DNA of 64,000 nucleotides, taken from NCBI GenBank assembly GCA_963849325.1, contig CAWKHF010000002.1, forward strand, positions 672,001-736,000, given 5' to 3'. Within the stretch, counting starts at the first letter, position 1; every line of letters begins with the position of its first letter. Under the pieces are notes generated by a model. That model searched no databases. It saw only the letters and a list, made by a program, of their open reading frames with translations, and had not been told where the DNA came from. The translations under genes and the position numbers were made by a program. The stretch is from an uncultured Planctomycetota bacterium (lineage in GTDB: Bacteria > Planctomycetota > Planctomycetia > Gemmatales > Gemmataceae). Positions 50,118 to 61,599 of the stretch are shown here, in pieces.

Positions 50118-50414
50118 CTAGCCGCCGGCAATGGCCCCGACGACGAAAAACGGCTCCGCCCCCGAGGCGACCGCGTCGGGCAGCGGGGCGTCCGGCCGTT
50201 CGTGGGATAGATCCTGCTCGCAGGCAAAGAACCGCACGAACGGTCGGCGCTGCCGTGTGACGCGATCGCGGATCGTCCCGCGCAGCATCGGATAACAGGC
50301 TTCCAGCGCGTCGAGGATCGAGCGCTGGGTGGCCGGCCCCTCGACGGCGAGTTTCACCTCGCCGTTGATGTGGGCCAGCGTCCGCAGATGGTGCGGGAGT
50401 TCGATTCGGATCAT
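50118..50414 (-). CDS. MoaD/ThiS ubiquitin-like protein
   Basis: 98 aa beta-grasp pattern ending AIAGG; 4-nt overlap with upstream gene. Confidence 0.9.
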   Translation of the reverse strand: MIRIELPHHLRTLAHINGEVKLAVEGPATQRSILDALEACYPMLRGTIRDRVTRQRRPFVRFFACEQDLSHERPDAPLPDAVASGAEPFFVVGAIAGG

Positions 50415-51526
50415 GGCAGGGTCTGGACCTCAACGGACACCACGGCGGGAAGATCGCGGACAATCGGTGCCCAGCTGTCCCCGGCATCGGCCGAGGCATA
50501 CACCTGCCCGCCGGTGGTGCCGAAATACACGCCGCACGAATCGAGCGAATCCACGGCCATCGCGTCGCGCAACACGTTGACGTAGCAGTCGCGTTGCGGC
50601 AGACCTTTGGCGAGCGGCTCCCACTCGTGTCCGCCCGTGCGGCTGCGGTAGACGCGCAGCTTGCCCTCCGGCGGATAGTGCTCCGAGTCGCTCTTGATCG
50701 GCACGACGTAGAGGGTGTCCGGTTCGTGCGCGTGAACGTCGATGGTGAACCCGAAGTCGGTCGGCAAATTCCCGCTGACCTCGTGCCACGAATCGCCGGC
50801 GTCGTCGCTGCGCATGACGTCCCAGTGCTTCTGCATGAACAACACACCCGGACGCGAACGGTGCTTGGCGATGCGGTGAACGCAGTGGCCGACCTCGGCG
50901 TTGGGATCGGGGATGTACTGAGACTTCAGTCCCCGGTTGATTGGCCGCCACGTCTGGCCAGCGTCGTCAGTCCGAAAGGCGCCCGCCGCCGAAATGGCGA
51001 TGAAGATCCGCCCCGGATCGCTCGGATCGAGAAGGATCGTGTGCAGGCACATCCCACCGGCTCCGGGCTGCCAGCGCGGCCCGGAGCCGTGGCCGCGCAG
51101 GCCCGGTAGCTCCTGCCACGTCTGTCCGCCGTCGCGGGAGCGGAACAAGGCGGCATCTTCAACCCCGGCGTAGACGAGATCCGGATCGGTCAGCGACGGT
51201 TCCAAATGCCAAACTCGTTTGAACTCCCAGGGATGCGGTGTCCCATCGTACCATTGGTGCGTGCCGGGGACTCCGTCGTAGACGAACTGGTTGCCCACCG
51301 GCTCCCACGTCTTGCCGCCGTCGTTGGAGCGCTGAATCAGCTGCCCGAACCAGCCGCTGGACTGCGAAGCATACAGACGGTTGGGATCGACGGGTGAGCC
51401 TTTCAGATGATAGATCTCCCAGCCCCCGAAGTGGGGGCCGTTGACCTCCCAGCGTTCGCGCTGACCATCCGATGTCAGGATGAACGCACCCTTGCGTGTA
51501 CCCACCAGGACCCGAACTCCACTCAT
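50411..51526 (-). CDS. BNR/Asp-box beta-propeller protein
   Basis: Repeated SxDGGxTW boxes ([40 protein letters not shown]); no signal peptide. Confidence 0.9.
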   Translation of the reverse strand: MSGVRVLVGTRKGAFILTSDGQRERWEVNGPHFGGWEIYHLKGSPVDPNRLYASQSSGWFGQLIQRSNDGGKTWEPVGNQFVYDGVPGTHQWYDGTPHPWEFKRVWHLEPSLTDPDLVYAGVEDAALFRSRDGGQTWQELPGLRGHGSGPRWQPGAGGMCLHTILLDPSDPGRIFIAISAAGAFRTDDAGQTWRPINRGLKSQYIPDPNAEVGHCVHRIAKHRSRPGVLFMQKHWDVMRSDDAGDSWHEVSGNLPTDFGFTIDVHAHEPDTLYVVPIKSDSEHYPPEGKLRVYRSRTGGHEWEPLAKGLPQRDCYVNVLRDAMAVDSLDSCGVYFGTTGGQVYASADAGDSWAPIVRDLPAVVSVEVQTLP

Positions 51527-51710
51527 CCTTTCCTCCTTTCTGAGTTACCGGAGATGTTCACCGTCGAACATCTCGCTCCCTTTCGCACGGATGGGGAAGG
51601 ATGTTACCGCAGACGGGTCGTCCGGTCGAGGTCGGTAGTTTCGCAGCCGTTCGCGGGACCGTCGCGGCTCGAAGGGCCGCGGCGAAACGGAAGGTGTCCG
51701 GGGCGCGTCG

Positions 51711-53000
51711 TTAGTAACGATACATGAGGCTGACACTCAACCAATGTGCCTGCGCTCCCACCTGGCTATTATTAAAGTCTCCCCCCACGAGGGCGCTCTG
51801 TCCAACCGCCTGTTCATTGCCGAACGAGTATTGGTAGGCGAGGTTGACGGCCCAATTATTCCACTGCTTGCCATAACCTGCCGAAACGGCTTGATTCAAG
51901 ATCGCTGGAATGTAGGGAGTTAGCGTCTGGTTGGGGACCGGCTGAGGATGATAAATATAACCGAGACGTACAACCTGAGTCTGACCAAAATAGTATTCGT
52001 AGCCCAGACGAACCGAGACGCTGCTATACCAGTTCAGGGGAAAGTTGTCCCGAATCGTGGGTCCGGCCAGCATGGGGATAAGGGGGTTGCTGCTGTCGCT
52101 CAGCCGCAGGCCGACATTATTGAAGGCGTCCGACCAGTCAAACCACATGACTTGGAGCATGGCGCGGTGCTGCCCCTCCTCGCCGAAGGCGTGGACGAAC
52201 CCTCCCGACAACGAACGAGGCAAGGTGATATCGACATCGGCGTCGAAACGACTGGAAATCGTTACGGGCAGGACCTTCTCGACATCGACCGAGGCGTTGC
52301 CATGCAAATTATAGCGCGTCTGGGCGATGTAAGACAGGCCGAGCATCGTCCGTTCGCCAAGAAGATATTGCAGACCCACCGACCAGGCGGGGGTGACACC
52401 GGTGGCATGGAGGTCGAGCAGGGTCGAGACCCCGCGCAAGGTGCCGCTCTGGACAACAAAAGGACCATCGAGCTGGGCGTAGGTCACTCCCAGCCCACAG
52501 GTCCCACCCACCGAAAGCCGATCCGTGACTCGATATGCGAACCCCGGGAGGATGTCGGTAACGGCGGCAAACGACTTGTACTGCTGCGCTCCCAGAAGCG
52601 GGCTATTGATTTGCCAGTCGGTGCCGAAGCCCGCCGGGGCGAACACCCCTATGCCGTAGGCGAAATCGCCGCCCTCACTCCGTTGAATGAGCGAGAAAAA
52701 CGGCAGGGCCAACGGCGTCTCGCCGCTGTGGACGTGACTATTCTGCGGACTGCTGTAATCCAGATCGGTGAACAGTCCGTCCACGCCCACTTCGTAGAGA
52801 CCCTTGCCCTCGACATTGGCCATGCCGGCGGGGTTGTCGTAGAGGATGACGCCGTTGTCGAAGCTGGCCACGTTGTTGCCGCCGCGACCGATGGGGACCG
52901 CGCCGATGCCATCGCGCTCGACGCCATCGGCCCACGCCGGCCTGACGCTGAGAGCGAGCAGGCATCCGAGGCCCAAGCATAGACCGATCCTGGATTTCAT
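51711..53000 (-). CDS. FadL/OmpP1/TodX-family outer-membrane channel for hydrophobic molecules
   Basis: Signal peptide (..PAWA), hatch G..GRGG...DN..LYDNPAGM, GIGVFAPAGFGTDW, amphipathic strands, C-terminal aromatic YRY. Confidence 0.88.
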   Translation of the reverse strand: MKSRIGLCLGLGCLLALSVRPAWADGVERDGIGAVPIGRGGNNVASFDNGVILYDNPAGMANVEGKGLYEVGVDGLFTDLDYSSPQNSHVHSGETPLALPFFSLIQRSEGGDFAYGIGVFAPAGFGTDWQINSPLLGAQQYKSFAAVTDILPGFAYRVTDRLSVGGTCGLGVTYAQLDGPFVVQSGTLRGVSTLLDLHATGVTPAWSVGLQYLLGERTMLGLSYIAQTRYNLHGNASVDVEKVLPVTISSRFDADVDITLPRSLSGGFVHAFGEEGQHRAMLQVMWFDWSDAFNNVGLRLSDSSNPLIPMLAGPTIRDNFPLNWYSSVSVRLGYEYYFGQTQVVRLGYIYHPQPVPNQTLTPYIPAILNQAVSAGYGKQWNNWAVNLAYQYSFGNEQAVGQSALVGGDFNNSQVGAQAHWLSVSLMYRY

Positions 53001-53256
53001 GGCTGGATCCCTGACGTCCTTGTCCCGTGGAGCCATTGCACTGCGAACCATCCTCCGCCAACGAGTTCGTCCTTTTCCGATTGTACCGTCTCTACCTCAC
53101 GTATCGAATGGAGGACCGCGCCGCTGGATTTCTCTCATCTCCTAATCGTCATTCCTCCTACATCCGGCCCAGCAGAAACGGAGAAGTCGATGGAATCGGT
53201 AAGGTCATCCCATGCGTAGGTTGCCCAAGATACCCAGTTGATTTCGGACGAGGAGG

Positions 53257-54177
53257 TCAGCGCAGGACATGCGGCAAAGGGAAATGGACTTCTTCCCGGC
53301 GCAGGGTGCGTTCCTCGACCTCGGCATCGAATCGCGCACGCAGCCAGTCCAGACATTGCGTCACCAGGAATTCGGGCGCGCTGGCCCCTGCCGTAAGCAC
53401 CACGGTCTCTGCCCCGTCGAACCAGGCCGGGTCGATGTCGCGGACGTCGTCGATCAGGTAGGAGGACGCTCCATATTCGCGGGCCACCTCCGTCAGACGG
53501 AGAGAATTGGAGCTATTGCGGCTGCCGACCACCAGGACGAGGTCGGCCTCGCGGGCCAGCGTTCGCAACACTTCTTGGCGGTTCTGGGTGGCGTAGCAAA
53601 TGTCTTCGTTGGCCGGAGCGACGATGTGGGGGAATCGGCGCCGCAGGGCCTCGATCACGCGGTTGGCGTCATCGACGCTCAGGGTGGTCTGGGTGAGATA
53701 AGCGACCGGGGTCGTCTCGGAGAGGGGCAGACTCCTCACGTCCTCCGGCGTTTCCACCAGATGAATACGGCCGGGAGCTTCGCCAAGTACGCCAACAATC
53801 TCGTCGTGCCCGGCGTGACCGATGAGAACGAGAGTGTAGCCCTGCTGCGCCAGGCGCACGGCCTGAAGATGGACCTTCGCCACCAGGGGGCAAGTGGCAT
53901 CGATGGCTCGCAGTTGTCTCCGCCGGGCCGCGTCGCGGACCTCCGGCGCGACGCCATGCGCGCTGTACAACAGGGTGGCCCCCGATGGCACGTCCTCGAC
54001 GGAATCGACGAAGACCACTCCGCGCCGGCGGAACCCTTCGACCAAATGCCGATTGTGGACGATCTCGTGAAAGACGTACAACGGCGGCCCGAACAGCTCG
54101 AGCGCTCGTTCCAGACTTTTCACCGCCATCACCACGCCGGCACAGAAGCCGTGAGGGTTGGCCAAGAGGATCTTCAT
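53257..54177 (-). CDS. ispH: 4-hydroxy-3-methylbut-2-enyl diphosphate reductase
   Basis: GFCAGV, EIVHN, SAHG, DATCPLV.KVH, GHDE, ICYATQNRQ, SSNS, TAGASAPE. Confidence 0.96.
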   Translation of the reverse strand: MKILLANPHGFCAGVVMAVKSLERALELFGPPLYVFHEIVHNRHLVEGFRRRGVVFVDSVEDVPSGATLLYSAHGVAPEVRDAARRRQLRAIDATCPLVAKVHLQAVRLAQQGYTLVLIGHAGHDEIVGVLGEAPGRIHLVETPEDVRSLPLSETTPVAYLTQTTLSVDDANRVIEALRRRFPHIVAPANEDICYATQNRQEVLRTLAREADLVLVVGSRNSSNSLRLTEVAREYGASSYLIDDVRDIDPAWFDGAETVVLTAGASAPEFLVTQCLDWLRARFDAEVEERTLRREEVHFPLPHVLR

Positions 54178-54204
54178 CGCTCGCGTCTCCTTCAGCAAGA
54201 AATC

Positions 54205-54322
54205 AACCACGGATGAACACAGATAAACACAGATAAGAGAAAAAACAAAAAGACTTGGATTGGCTTTTTCTCTTATACTTCTTCTCTTTCTTATCCGTGT
54301 TTATCTGCGTTCATCCGTGGTT
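54205..54322. repeat. Palindromic element AACCACGGAT(G)..ACAC.GAT with AT-rich spacer
   Basis: aaccacggatgaacacagataaacacagataa ... ttatccgtgtttatctgcgttcatccgtggtt; sister copy at 58119. Confidence 0.85.
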
Positions 54323-55357
54323 CATTTTTCCGGCAAGTTGCTTGGACGGTTCCACTGCCTGTTGGGCCAGTCCTTTCCGCAGGGCCAGGAAGCGCTCTTC
54401 GCAACGGCAGAACGCCGCGACGACGGCCGGGTCGAAATGACCGCCGGACTCTCGGATGATAATGGAGCGGGCCACCTCATGGCTGAACGCCTCTTTGTAG
54501 ACCCGTTTGGACGTGAGAGCGTCGTAGACATCGGCCAGGGCGGCAATCCGTCCACAGAGGGGGATCTCCAGACCGGACTTGCCGCGCGGATAGCCCGTCC
54601 CATCGAAGTGTTCGTGATGCGTCAGGGCGATGTCGCGCGCCATGCGCAGGAACTTGCGCGCGGATGTTGGCGCAACGCGGCGTGGAGGGTACGGGCCCCG
54701 ATCAGCGTATGCTTTTTCATGATGGCGAATTCGCTGTCACTGAGTTGGCCCGGCTTGAGCAAGATGTTATCGGGGATGCCAACCTTGCCGATGTCGTGCA
54801 GGGGGCTGACCTGGTAGATCAGGCGGATGAACTCGGGAGTAATCTGGCCGGCGAAGTCCGGTTGCCCGGACAGATCCTGGGCGAGGATGCGGCAGTAGTT
54901 GCGCATGCGCTCCAGATGTGCCCCGGTCTCCCAATCGCGCGACTCGGCCAATTTGGCCAGGGCGAACAGGGCCAGATCGCGCGTCTCCAGCGACAGGATG
55001 CGCTCGCCGGCGCCGATGCGCACACGCAGCTCGGCGGGGTTGAACGGCTTGATGATGAAGTCGTCGGCTCCGGCCGACAATCCTTCGAACGATGTCCGTA
55101 TCCTGATCGCGGGCCGTCAAGAGGATGAAATAGATGTAGGAGGGAAAGTCGCCGGCGCGAATCTCGCGGCACAGTTGCAAACCGTCCATCTCCGGCATGC
55201 TCCAGTCGGAGATGACCATCTGGTACGTCCCGCCGCGCAAGATCTCCAGGGCCTCGCGTCCGTCACAAGCGAGCCGGACTTTATACCCGCTCTCCTTGAG
55301 CAGGTAGCTCAGCAGTCCGCGAATAATGTCATCATCATCGACAACCAGGATGCGCAT
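54311..55357 (-). CDS. Response regulator with HD-GYP c-di-GMP phosphodiesterase (RpfG-like), frameshifts near 55085 and 54650
   Basis: ILVVDDD, ISDWSMPEMDG, DDFIIKPF; ETGAHLER, LHDIGKVGIPD, HHEHFDGTGYP, ADVYDAL. Confidence 0.92.
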
Positions 55358-55390
55358 GGTGCCCTCGTGTTGATCAGGTCTGTGCTTCGT

Positions 55391-58091
55391 TTAGCCTACC
55401 GGGGCCGGCGTTACGGCCCGCGGATCGAACTGGAGAATCCGCTGGCATTCCTCGCGCACGGCCGAGAGGCCGTGCCGGGCTCCGACCAGATCGGAAGCCT
55501 TGGCGAGCATCTCCAATCGGGCCGCCGCGGCCTGGAGACCCTCGGCCGAAAGGCTGGCCGCCGCCCCTTTGAGGCTGTGCGCCAGCAGGGCGAGCTTGCT
55601 GCTTTCTCCCAGAGCGAGGCTCTGCTCAATCTGCCGCAGGTCTTCCGGCAGCCGTTTCTGGAACTTGGCCACCGTCCGTTCCAGCACGTTGGGGTTGCCC
55701 AGGCAGCGCCGGAGCAGATCCTTCAGGTTTAACGGTACGCTGCTCAACGTCCTCGTTTCGCCGCCGGAATGGGCCGGCTGCCCGGTCGCCGTGGTCGTCT
55801 CGGTGGCGGACAGATGGACCTCCACCGCCTGGATCACCTGCTCCGGATAGAACGGCTTACTCAAGTAACCCGTCATCCCGGCGCGCAGACAGGCTTCCCG
55901 ATCGCCGGTCAGGGCGTTGGCCGTCAGGGCGATGATGGGCAGCGGGCTAGTCCTCCGCCCAGCCAGAAGCCCGGCCTGTTCCTTCTCCCGGATTAACTGG
56001 GTCGCTTGCAATCCGTCCATCTCCGGCATATGGCAATCCATGAGCACCAGGTCGTAGGCTTGTTCCAGCAGCGCCTGCACGGCGAGCTTGCCGTTGCCGA
56101 CGATTTCGCAATCGAAGTGGGCATCGCGGAGGATCTCCGCCACCAGATCCTGGTTGACCTCGTTGTCCTCGGCCAGGAGAATGCGTGCCCGCTTTCGACC
56201 GGCTTCGGCCAACGGCCGGCGTATGCCAGTTGATGGACTCTCCGCCAGCCGGCTGACGCCGACGGTTCCCCCTCCGCCCTCCACTCGATCGCCGTTGGCG
56301 GTCAGACCCTTGAGAACAACCTCCAGCAGATGCGATTGCTGGACCGGCTTGGTGAGGCAATCGGCGAAGCCGGCCGCCTCCAGGCGGCCCTCATCGAGCG
56401 GTTCGCCCAGATAGCTCAGCAATAACAGCGTCGTTCGAGCCAGGGCGGCATCGGCCTTGATGGCCCGAGCCAGCTGTTCGCCATCCATCCCCGGCATCTG
56501 GAAGTCGAGAATGGCCAGCCGGAACGGCTCGCCGGCACGGACGGCCTCCCGCAAGGCCGACAGGGCACTGGACCCGTCGGCCACGGTTTGCACCTTGAAG
56601 CCCCAAGCCCGCAGCTGCTGCTCCACGATCTCGCGGCAGGTCGCATTGTCGTCCACGACCAGGATGCGCAGTGCCGCGCACGTTCGAGGCGAGGATACGA
56701 GCTTCCTTGGTCCCGCGCGGCGGCTTTTCCAGGACCATGGTGCACCAGAAGGTCGAACCTCGTCCGGGTACGCTCTCCACCCCGATTTGCCCACCCATCA
56801 GGGTGCAGAGGTGCTTGGAGATGGCCAGGCCCAGGCCGGTGCCCCCGTAACGCCGTGTCGTCGAGGAATCCACCTGCGAGAAGGAATGGAAGAGCCGATC
56901 CATCCGCTCGGGAGCGATGCCGATGCCGGTATCGGTGACGCGGAACCGCACTGTCAGATTTCGCTCGCTCTGCTGCTCCAGCGTCGCGCGGATGACGACC
57001 TCGCCCCGCTCCGTGAATTTGACGGCGTTGCTGGCCAGGTTCGCCAGGACCTGCTGGAGCCGGTTGGGATCGCCGCGCAGCCGCGGCGGGATGTCCATCT
57101 GGACCGAACAGGCCAGTTCCAACCCTTTGCGGCGCGCCTGGGGAGTGACCAGCTCCGCCACGCTACCGACGACGTGGCGAAAGTCGAAGTCGATGGTTTC
57201 CAGTTCCAGTTTGCCCGCTTCGATCTTGGAGAAGTCGAGGATGTCGTTGATCAGACGCAACAGAACCTCGGCGGAGCTGTGGGCGGTGCGGGCGTAGCGC
57301 CGCTGCTGGCCATCCAGGTTGGTGTTCAAGAGCAGATGGGTCATTCCCAGCACGCCGTTGAGCGGCGTGCGCAGCTCGTGGGACATGGTGGCCAGGAACT
57401 GGCTCTTGGCCTGGTTGGCCGACTCGGCGCTCTCGCGGGCCGACTCCAGCAGCGACGACTTGCGGGCCAGTTCCGCCGCCTGCGCTTCCAGGGCGTTCTT
57501 GGCCTGCAACAACTCGACGTTATAGCGCTGCAATTCCTCCTCGGCCCGCGTCAGCTCCAGTACCTTCCGCTCCAGCATTTCCAGCGAGTGCTGAACCGAC
57601 TTGCCCAGCTCGACCTTTTCGGCCATCGATTGGGCCAACTGCAAGACCTCGATGGCGTCGAACGGCTTTTTCAGGATCAAGAGGTTGCCGGTCTTGCCCA
57701 GCTGGATGGCGATCTCTTTCCAGTCGTAATCGGAGAAGGCGGTGCAGACGACGCAGGGCAATCCCGGCAGGTGCTTCCACAGTCGCTTGATGGTCTGGAT
57801 GCCGTCGATGCCGGGCGGCATGCGGACGTCCACGAAGGCCATGTAATAGGGTTGGCCCTGGCGAGCGGCCTCCACGGCCAGGGCGATGCCCTCCTCGCCC
57901 TGGTACGCCGAGTCGATCTGGACTTGCAGCTGGACATCCGGCTTGAGGGCCGTCCCGTTGTGCGAGCCGAACAGGTCCGCCTCCAGGTCGTCCAGCTCGG
58001 CCTTGCGGCCGGCGGAATCGAACACCTTGCGGAAGTCCGCATGGATGTCCTTGTTATCGTCAATGATCAGGATTCGGTTGACACAGGTCAT
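55391..58091 (-). CDS. Cytoplasmic hybrid histidine kinase REC-HisKA-HATPase-REC-REC-Hpt (frameshift near 56680)
   Basis: [60 protein letters not shown]. Confidence 0.92.
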
Positions 58092-58118
58092 CGTCTAGCT
58101 CCGTTGCTCAAAAAGACA

Positions 58119-58239
58119 AACCACGGATGACACGGATAAAAGAGACAAAGAAATAATCAATTATGTCAGTGTGACTGGCCAACCCCTTCTTTCACGTCTT
58201 TTATCCGTGTCATCCGTATTATCCGTGTCATCCGTGGTT
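58119..58239. repeat. Palindromic element, sister of 54205-54322
   Basis: aaccacggatgacacggataa ... ttatccgtgtcatccgtattatccgtgtcatccgtggtt. Confidence 0.85.
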
Positions 58240-61200
58240 TGTATTTCCTTCTCGGCCGTTTCTTCCAGGAGCGGGAACTCAATGGCGAAGGTGGCGCCGG
58301 TGCCGGGTCCGTCGCTGTGTACCTGGATGGTCCCGCCCATCTCGGTCATGGCGTTGGCGGCCGAGTGCAGGCCGAAGCCATTGCCGTAGCGCTTGGTGGT
58401 AAAGCCGTAGTTGAAAATCTTCTGCAGGTTCTCGCGCTCGATACCTCGGCCGCTGTCGCCGACGGAGATGCGGGCGCGCGACCGGCCGACGCCCCGAATC
58501 CGAACCGTCAAAGCCCGGTGGCCCACTCTCTGCGACTTGATCGACTCGACCGCGTTCTTGACCAGGTTATCGAGTACCTGCACCAGCTTTAACCGCTCCA
58601 GCTTGGCCTCCGGCAGCGACTCGAAATCGCGGACGACCTGGATGTCATGCTTGGCGAACGAATGCGTGTGCATGACCAGAACGTCGCCGACCAGCCCCTG
58701 AAGATCGACCGCTTCGCGGATGGAAACTTTGCGGGCATAGTTCTGCTGCGCGCTGATGATGTTGCGGATGTCTTGCAGTTTCTCGCGCAAGAAGTCCATC
58801 TCGGTGAGCATCTGGCGCTGCTCGGTCAAGAGGGTGTCGGAGAGCTTGGTCAAGTACTCCGGTAACTTCTTGCCGCGCGGATCGGTCTGGAGGAAGGACG
58901 CCAGGTTGTCGCCCTGGGCCTGGAGCAGGGCGGCGGCCTTGGCCGGGCCTCGGAAGTTCCATCCCTGCAGCTGACTGTTGACGGTGGTCACCGAGATGTT
59001 GACGCTGTTGAGGACGTTGCCGACGTTGTGCAAAACGCCGGTGGCGATCTCGGTCATGCCGGCGCGGTGGGCGATGTCCACCATGCGGGTCTGCGTCGTC
59101 TGCAGGTCGCGGACGGCGCTTTCCAGTTCGGCATTGCGCTGATCCAGCTCCTGGTGCAGGCGACGCAGCTTGAGCAGCGAGCGGACCCGCGCCCGCAGCT
59201 CTTCGGCGTCGAACGGCTTGACCAGGTAATCGTCGGCGCCGCCGTCGAGTCCCTCGATCTTCATGGCGCGCTCGGCCTTGGCCGTGAGCATGACGAAGGG
59301 GATGTGAGCGGTCGCCGGCTCGGCCCTCATGCGCCGGCAGAAGGCGTAGCCGTCCACGCGCGGCATCATCACGTCGGAGATGATGAGCGCCGGCAGTTCA
59401 CGCAGGGCCACGTCGATGCCCTCGGCCCCATCGCAGGCGACCACGGTGCGGTACTGCGACGCGAGGATGCTGCACACCATGGTCCGCAGCTCCGGCGTGT
59501 CGTCCACAACCAGAATCATGGGGGCATCCACGGGGGCCGTCGAAGGAGCATTCACCAGGGCCGGTGGGGGTTCGCAGGCGATCAGGTCGGCAAAGCGCGT
59601 GCGGAAGATATTGAACTCCATCTTGGAGTCGCCCCCCGAGAAGGGCCGCGCCATCGCCGGCGCGACGCCGGTCCCCCTCGGCTCGGCCAGGACCGGGACC
59701 GAGTTCATCGGAATGCGGAACCAGAAATGCGACCCTCCGCCCGCCTCGCTCTCGACCTGAATTCGTCCGCCGTGCAACTCGATCAGTTCTTTCGCCAGGG
59801 CCAACCCCAGGCCGGTGCCGGGGAACTCGCGCGAGGAGGAGCCGTCGATCTGCACGAAGCGCTCGAAGATGCGAGCCTGATCGGCCTTGGCGATGCCGAT
59901 GCCGGTGTCGCGCACCGAGACCCGCACCTCGTCGTCTTCCCGAGCCGTCTCCAGGGTGATCGTTCCCCCCTCGGGGGTAAATTTGATGGCGTTGGACAGC
60001 AGGTTGCTGATGACGGTATCTAGCTTTTCCTCATCCGCCCGGATTTCCGTCGTCGAGGCGTCGGCGAGGACGCGCAGCTGCACCTTCCGCCGCGTCGCCA
60101 GGGGCTGGGCCGCGAGCGTCAGCTTGTGGATCAACTGATTCAGGTCCATCGCCGCCGGAAGCAGCTTCAGACGCCCGGCCTCCAGCTTGGAGAACTCCAG
60201 GAGGCGATTGATTAGCTCCAGCAGGCGCCGGCCGTTGATGTTCACCACGTTGAGCATGTACGAGAACGTCAGCCGGCAGCTGCGGTCCATACTGCTCCAG
60301 GGTCTGCTCCACCGGCGACAGGATCATCGTCAGCGGCGTGCGCAGCTCGTGGCTGACATTGGAGAAAAACTCGGTTTTCAGGCGATCGTGCTCGCGCAGC
60401 TGGCGCAAGGAGTGCTGAAGCTTGCGCCGGCTGCGGGACAGTTGGCGAGTTCGGCGGCGTACTTTCTTCTCCAGGTTGGTGTTCAGATCGCGGATGGTCT
60501 GGGCATTTTGATCGAGCTTCTCCACCATGGCGTTGAACTGACGGGCGAGGATGTCAATCTCGTCATTGCCCGTGGGCTGGACGCGCTCCGTCAGGCAACC
60601 CTGCTCGACGCGCTGCATCCCTTGCAGCAACCGGCCGACGCGCGCGGCCACCGACCGGGCCAGGACGGTGGCGAAGACGATGCCCACGCTGACGGCCGCG
60701 ATCGTGATGAAGGTGGTGTGATTGCGCAGGCTGGCGACGGCCTCGGCCTGGTTTTCCGGGTACTCAACGAGGTCCGCCGCCCGCTGCCGGGCCATGGTGC
60801 CGATCATCAGGGCGGTGGTCAGGATGATGAGGGCGAAGCAAAGGTTCAGCCGCCCGCGCAGACGACTCTGCGGCAGGGCCGGGTAATCGATGGCGATGCC
60901 GCTGTCCAGAAGGTGATGGATGACCGGCTGAAGGCACAGTTCGATGACGAAGAAGGTGGTCATCAGGGCCATGGTGATGCCCATGAAGACCGCCAGGGTG
61001 ATGTTGGTCATGACGGTCCACGAGGCGCCGTCCATCAGTCGGAGGGCGATCAGCACCGGCACCAGGGTGACACTGGGCACCAGCCAGGCCTCGTTTTTGT
61101 GATGGCGCGCGGGAAATACCACCGCCTCGCGGCCGGCCCGGGCGGCCAGGACCACCTCCACCGGCTCGTCGCCCTGGAGGTGGGCCAGGACGCGCCGGAG

Positions 61201-61482
61201 GTGCCGCGTCTCCCACATCGAGGCCAGCACCGACGACAGTACGGCCACGACCACCACGATCCCCGCCAGGACGTAGAAATGGTGGCGGACCTGGTCGGGC
61301 ATGCGCAGCGTCAGGTTGACGTAGTAGACCACCAGCAAGCCGCCGACCGAACCGGACAGGCGGGTGGCAATCATCATCAGAAGGATGTAGTGCGGACCCA
61401 ACCACCGCACCAGGCGGAGCAAAGGACCGTGCGCCATGCGGCGGGAGTCGGCGCTCAGAGATGCGGCAACGCGGTCGCCCAT
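58161..61482 (-). CDS. Membrane sensor kinase: multi-TM (about 6), HAMP, HisKA-HATPase, REC, second HisKA-HATPase (frameshift near 60275)
   Basis: Hydrophobic N-terminal segments; DEIDILARQFNAM (HAMP); [48 protein letters not shown]. Confidence 0.9.
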
Positions 61483-61528
61483 GTAACTCGCCAATGAATC
61501 CGTGCTCAGGCCAAGGGATGACGCTATT

Positions 61529-61582
61529 CGAGCCGCGACCGTCAGGGAGCGGGAACAACCGCTCCCTGACGGTCGCGGCTCG
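61529..61582. repeat. REP-like palindrome, sister of 20527
   Basis: cgagccgcgaccgtcagggagcgg ... ccgctccctgacggtcgcggctcg. Confidence 0.82.
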
Positions 61583-61599
61583 GTTGGGTTCGCCGGCCC

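Noticed and set aside
41834-50414. moaC and the MoaD-like gene as one molybdopterin operon
   Set aside because: They are 8 kb apart on opposite strands, with no moaA or moaE; the MoaD-like gene is coupled to the propeller instead
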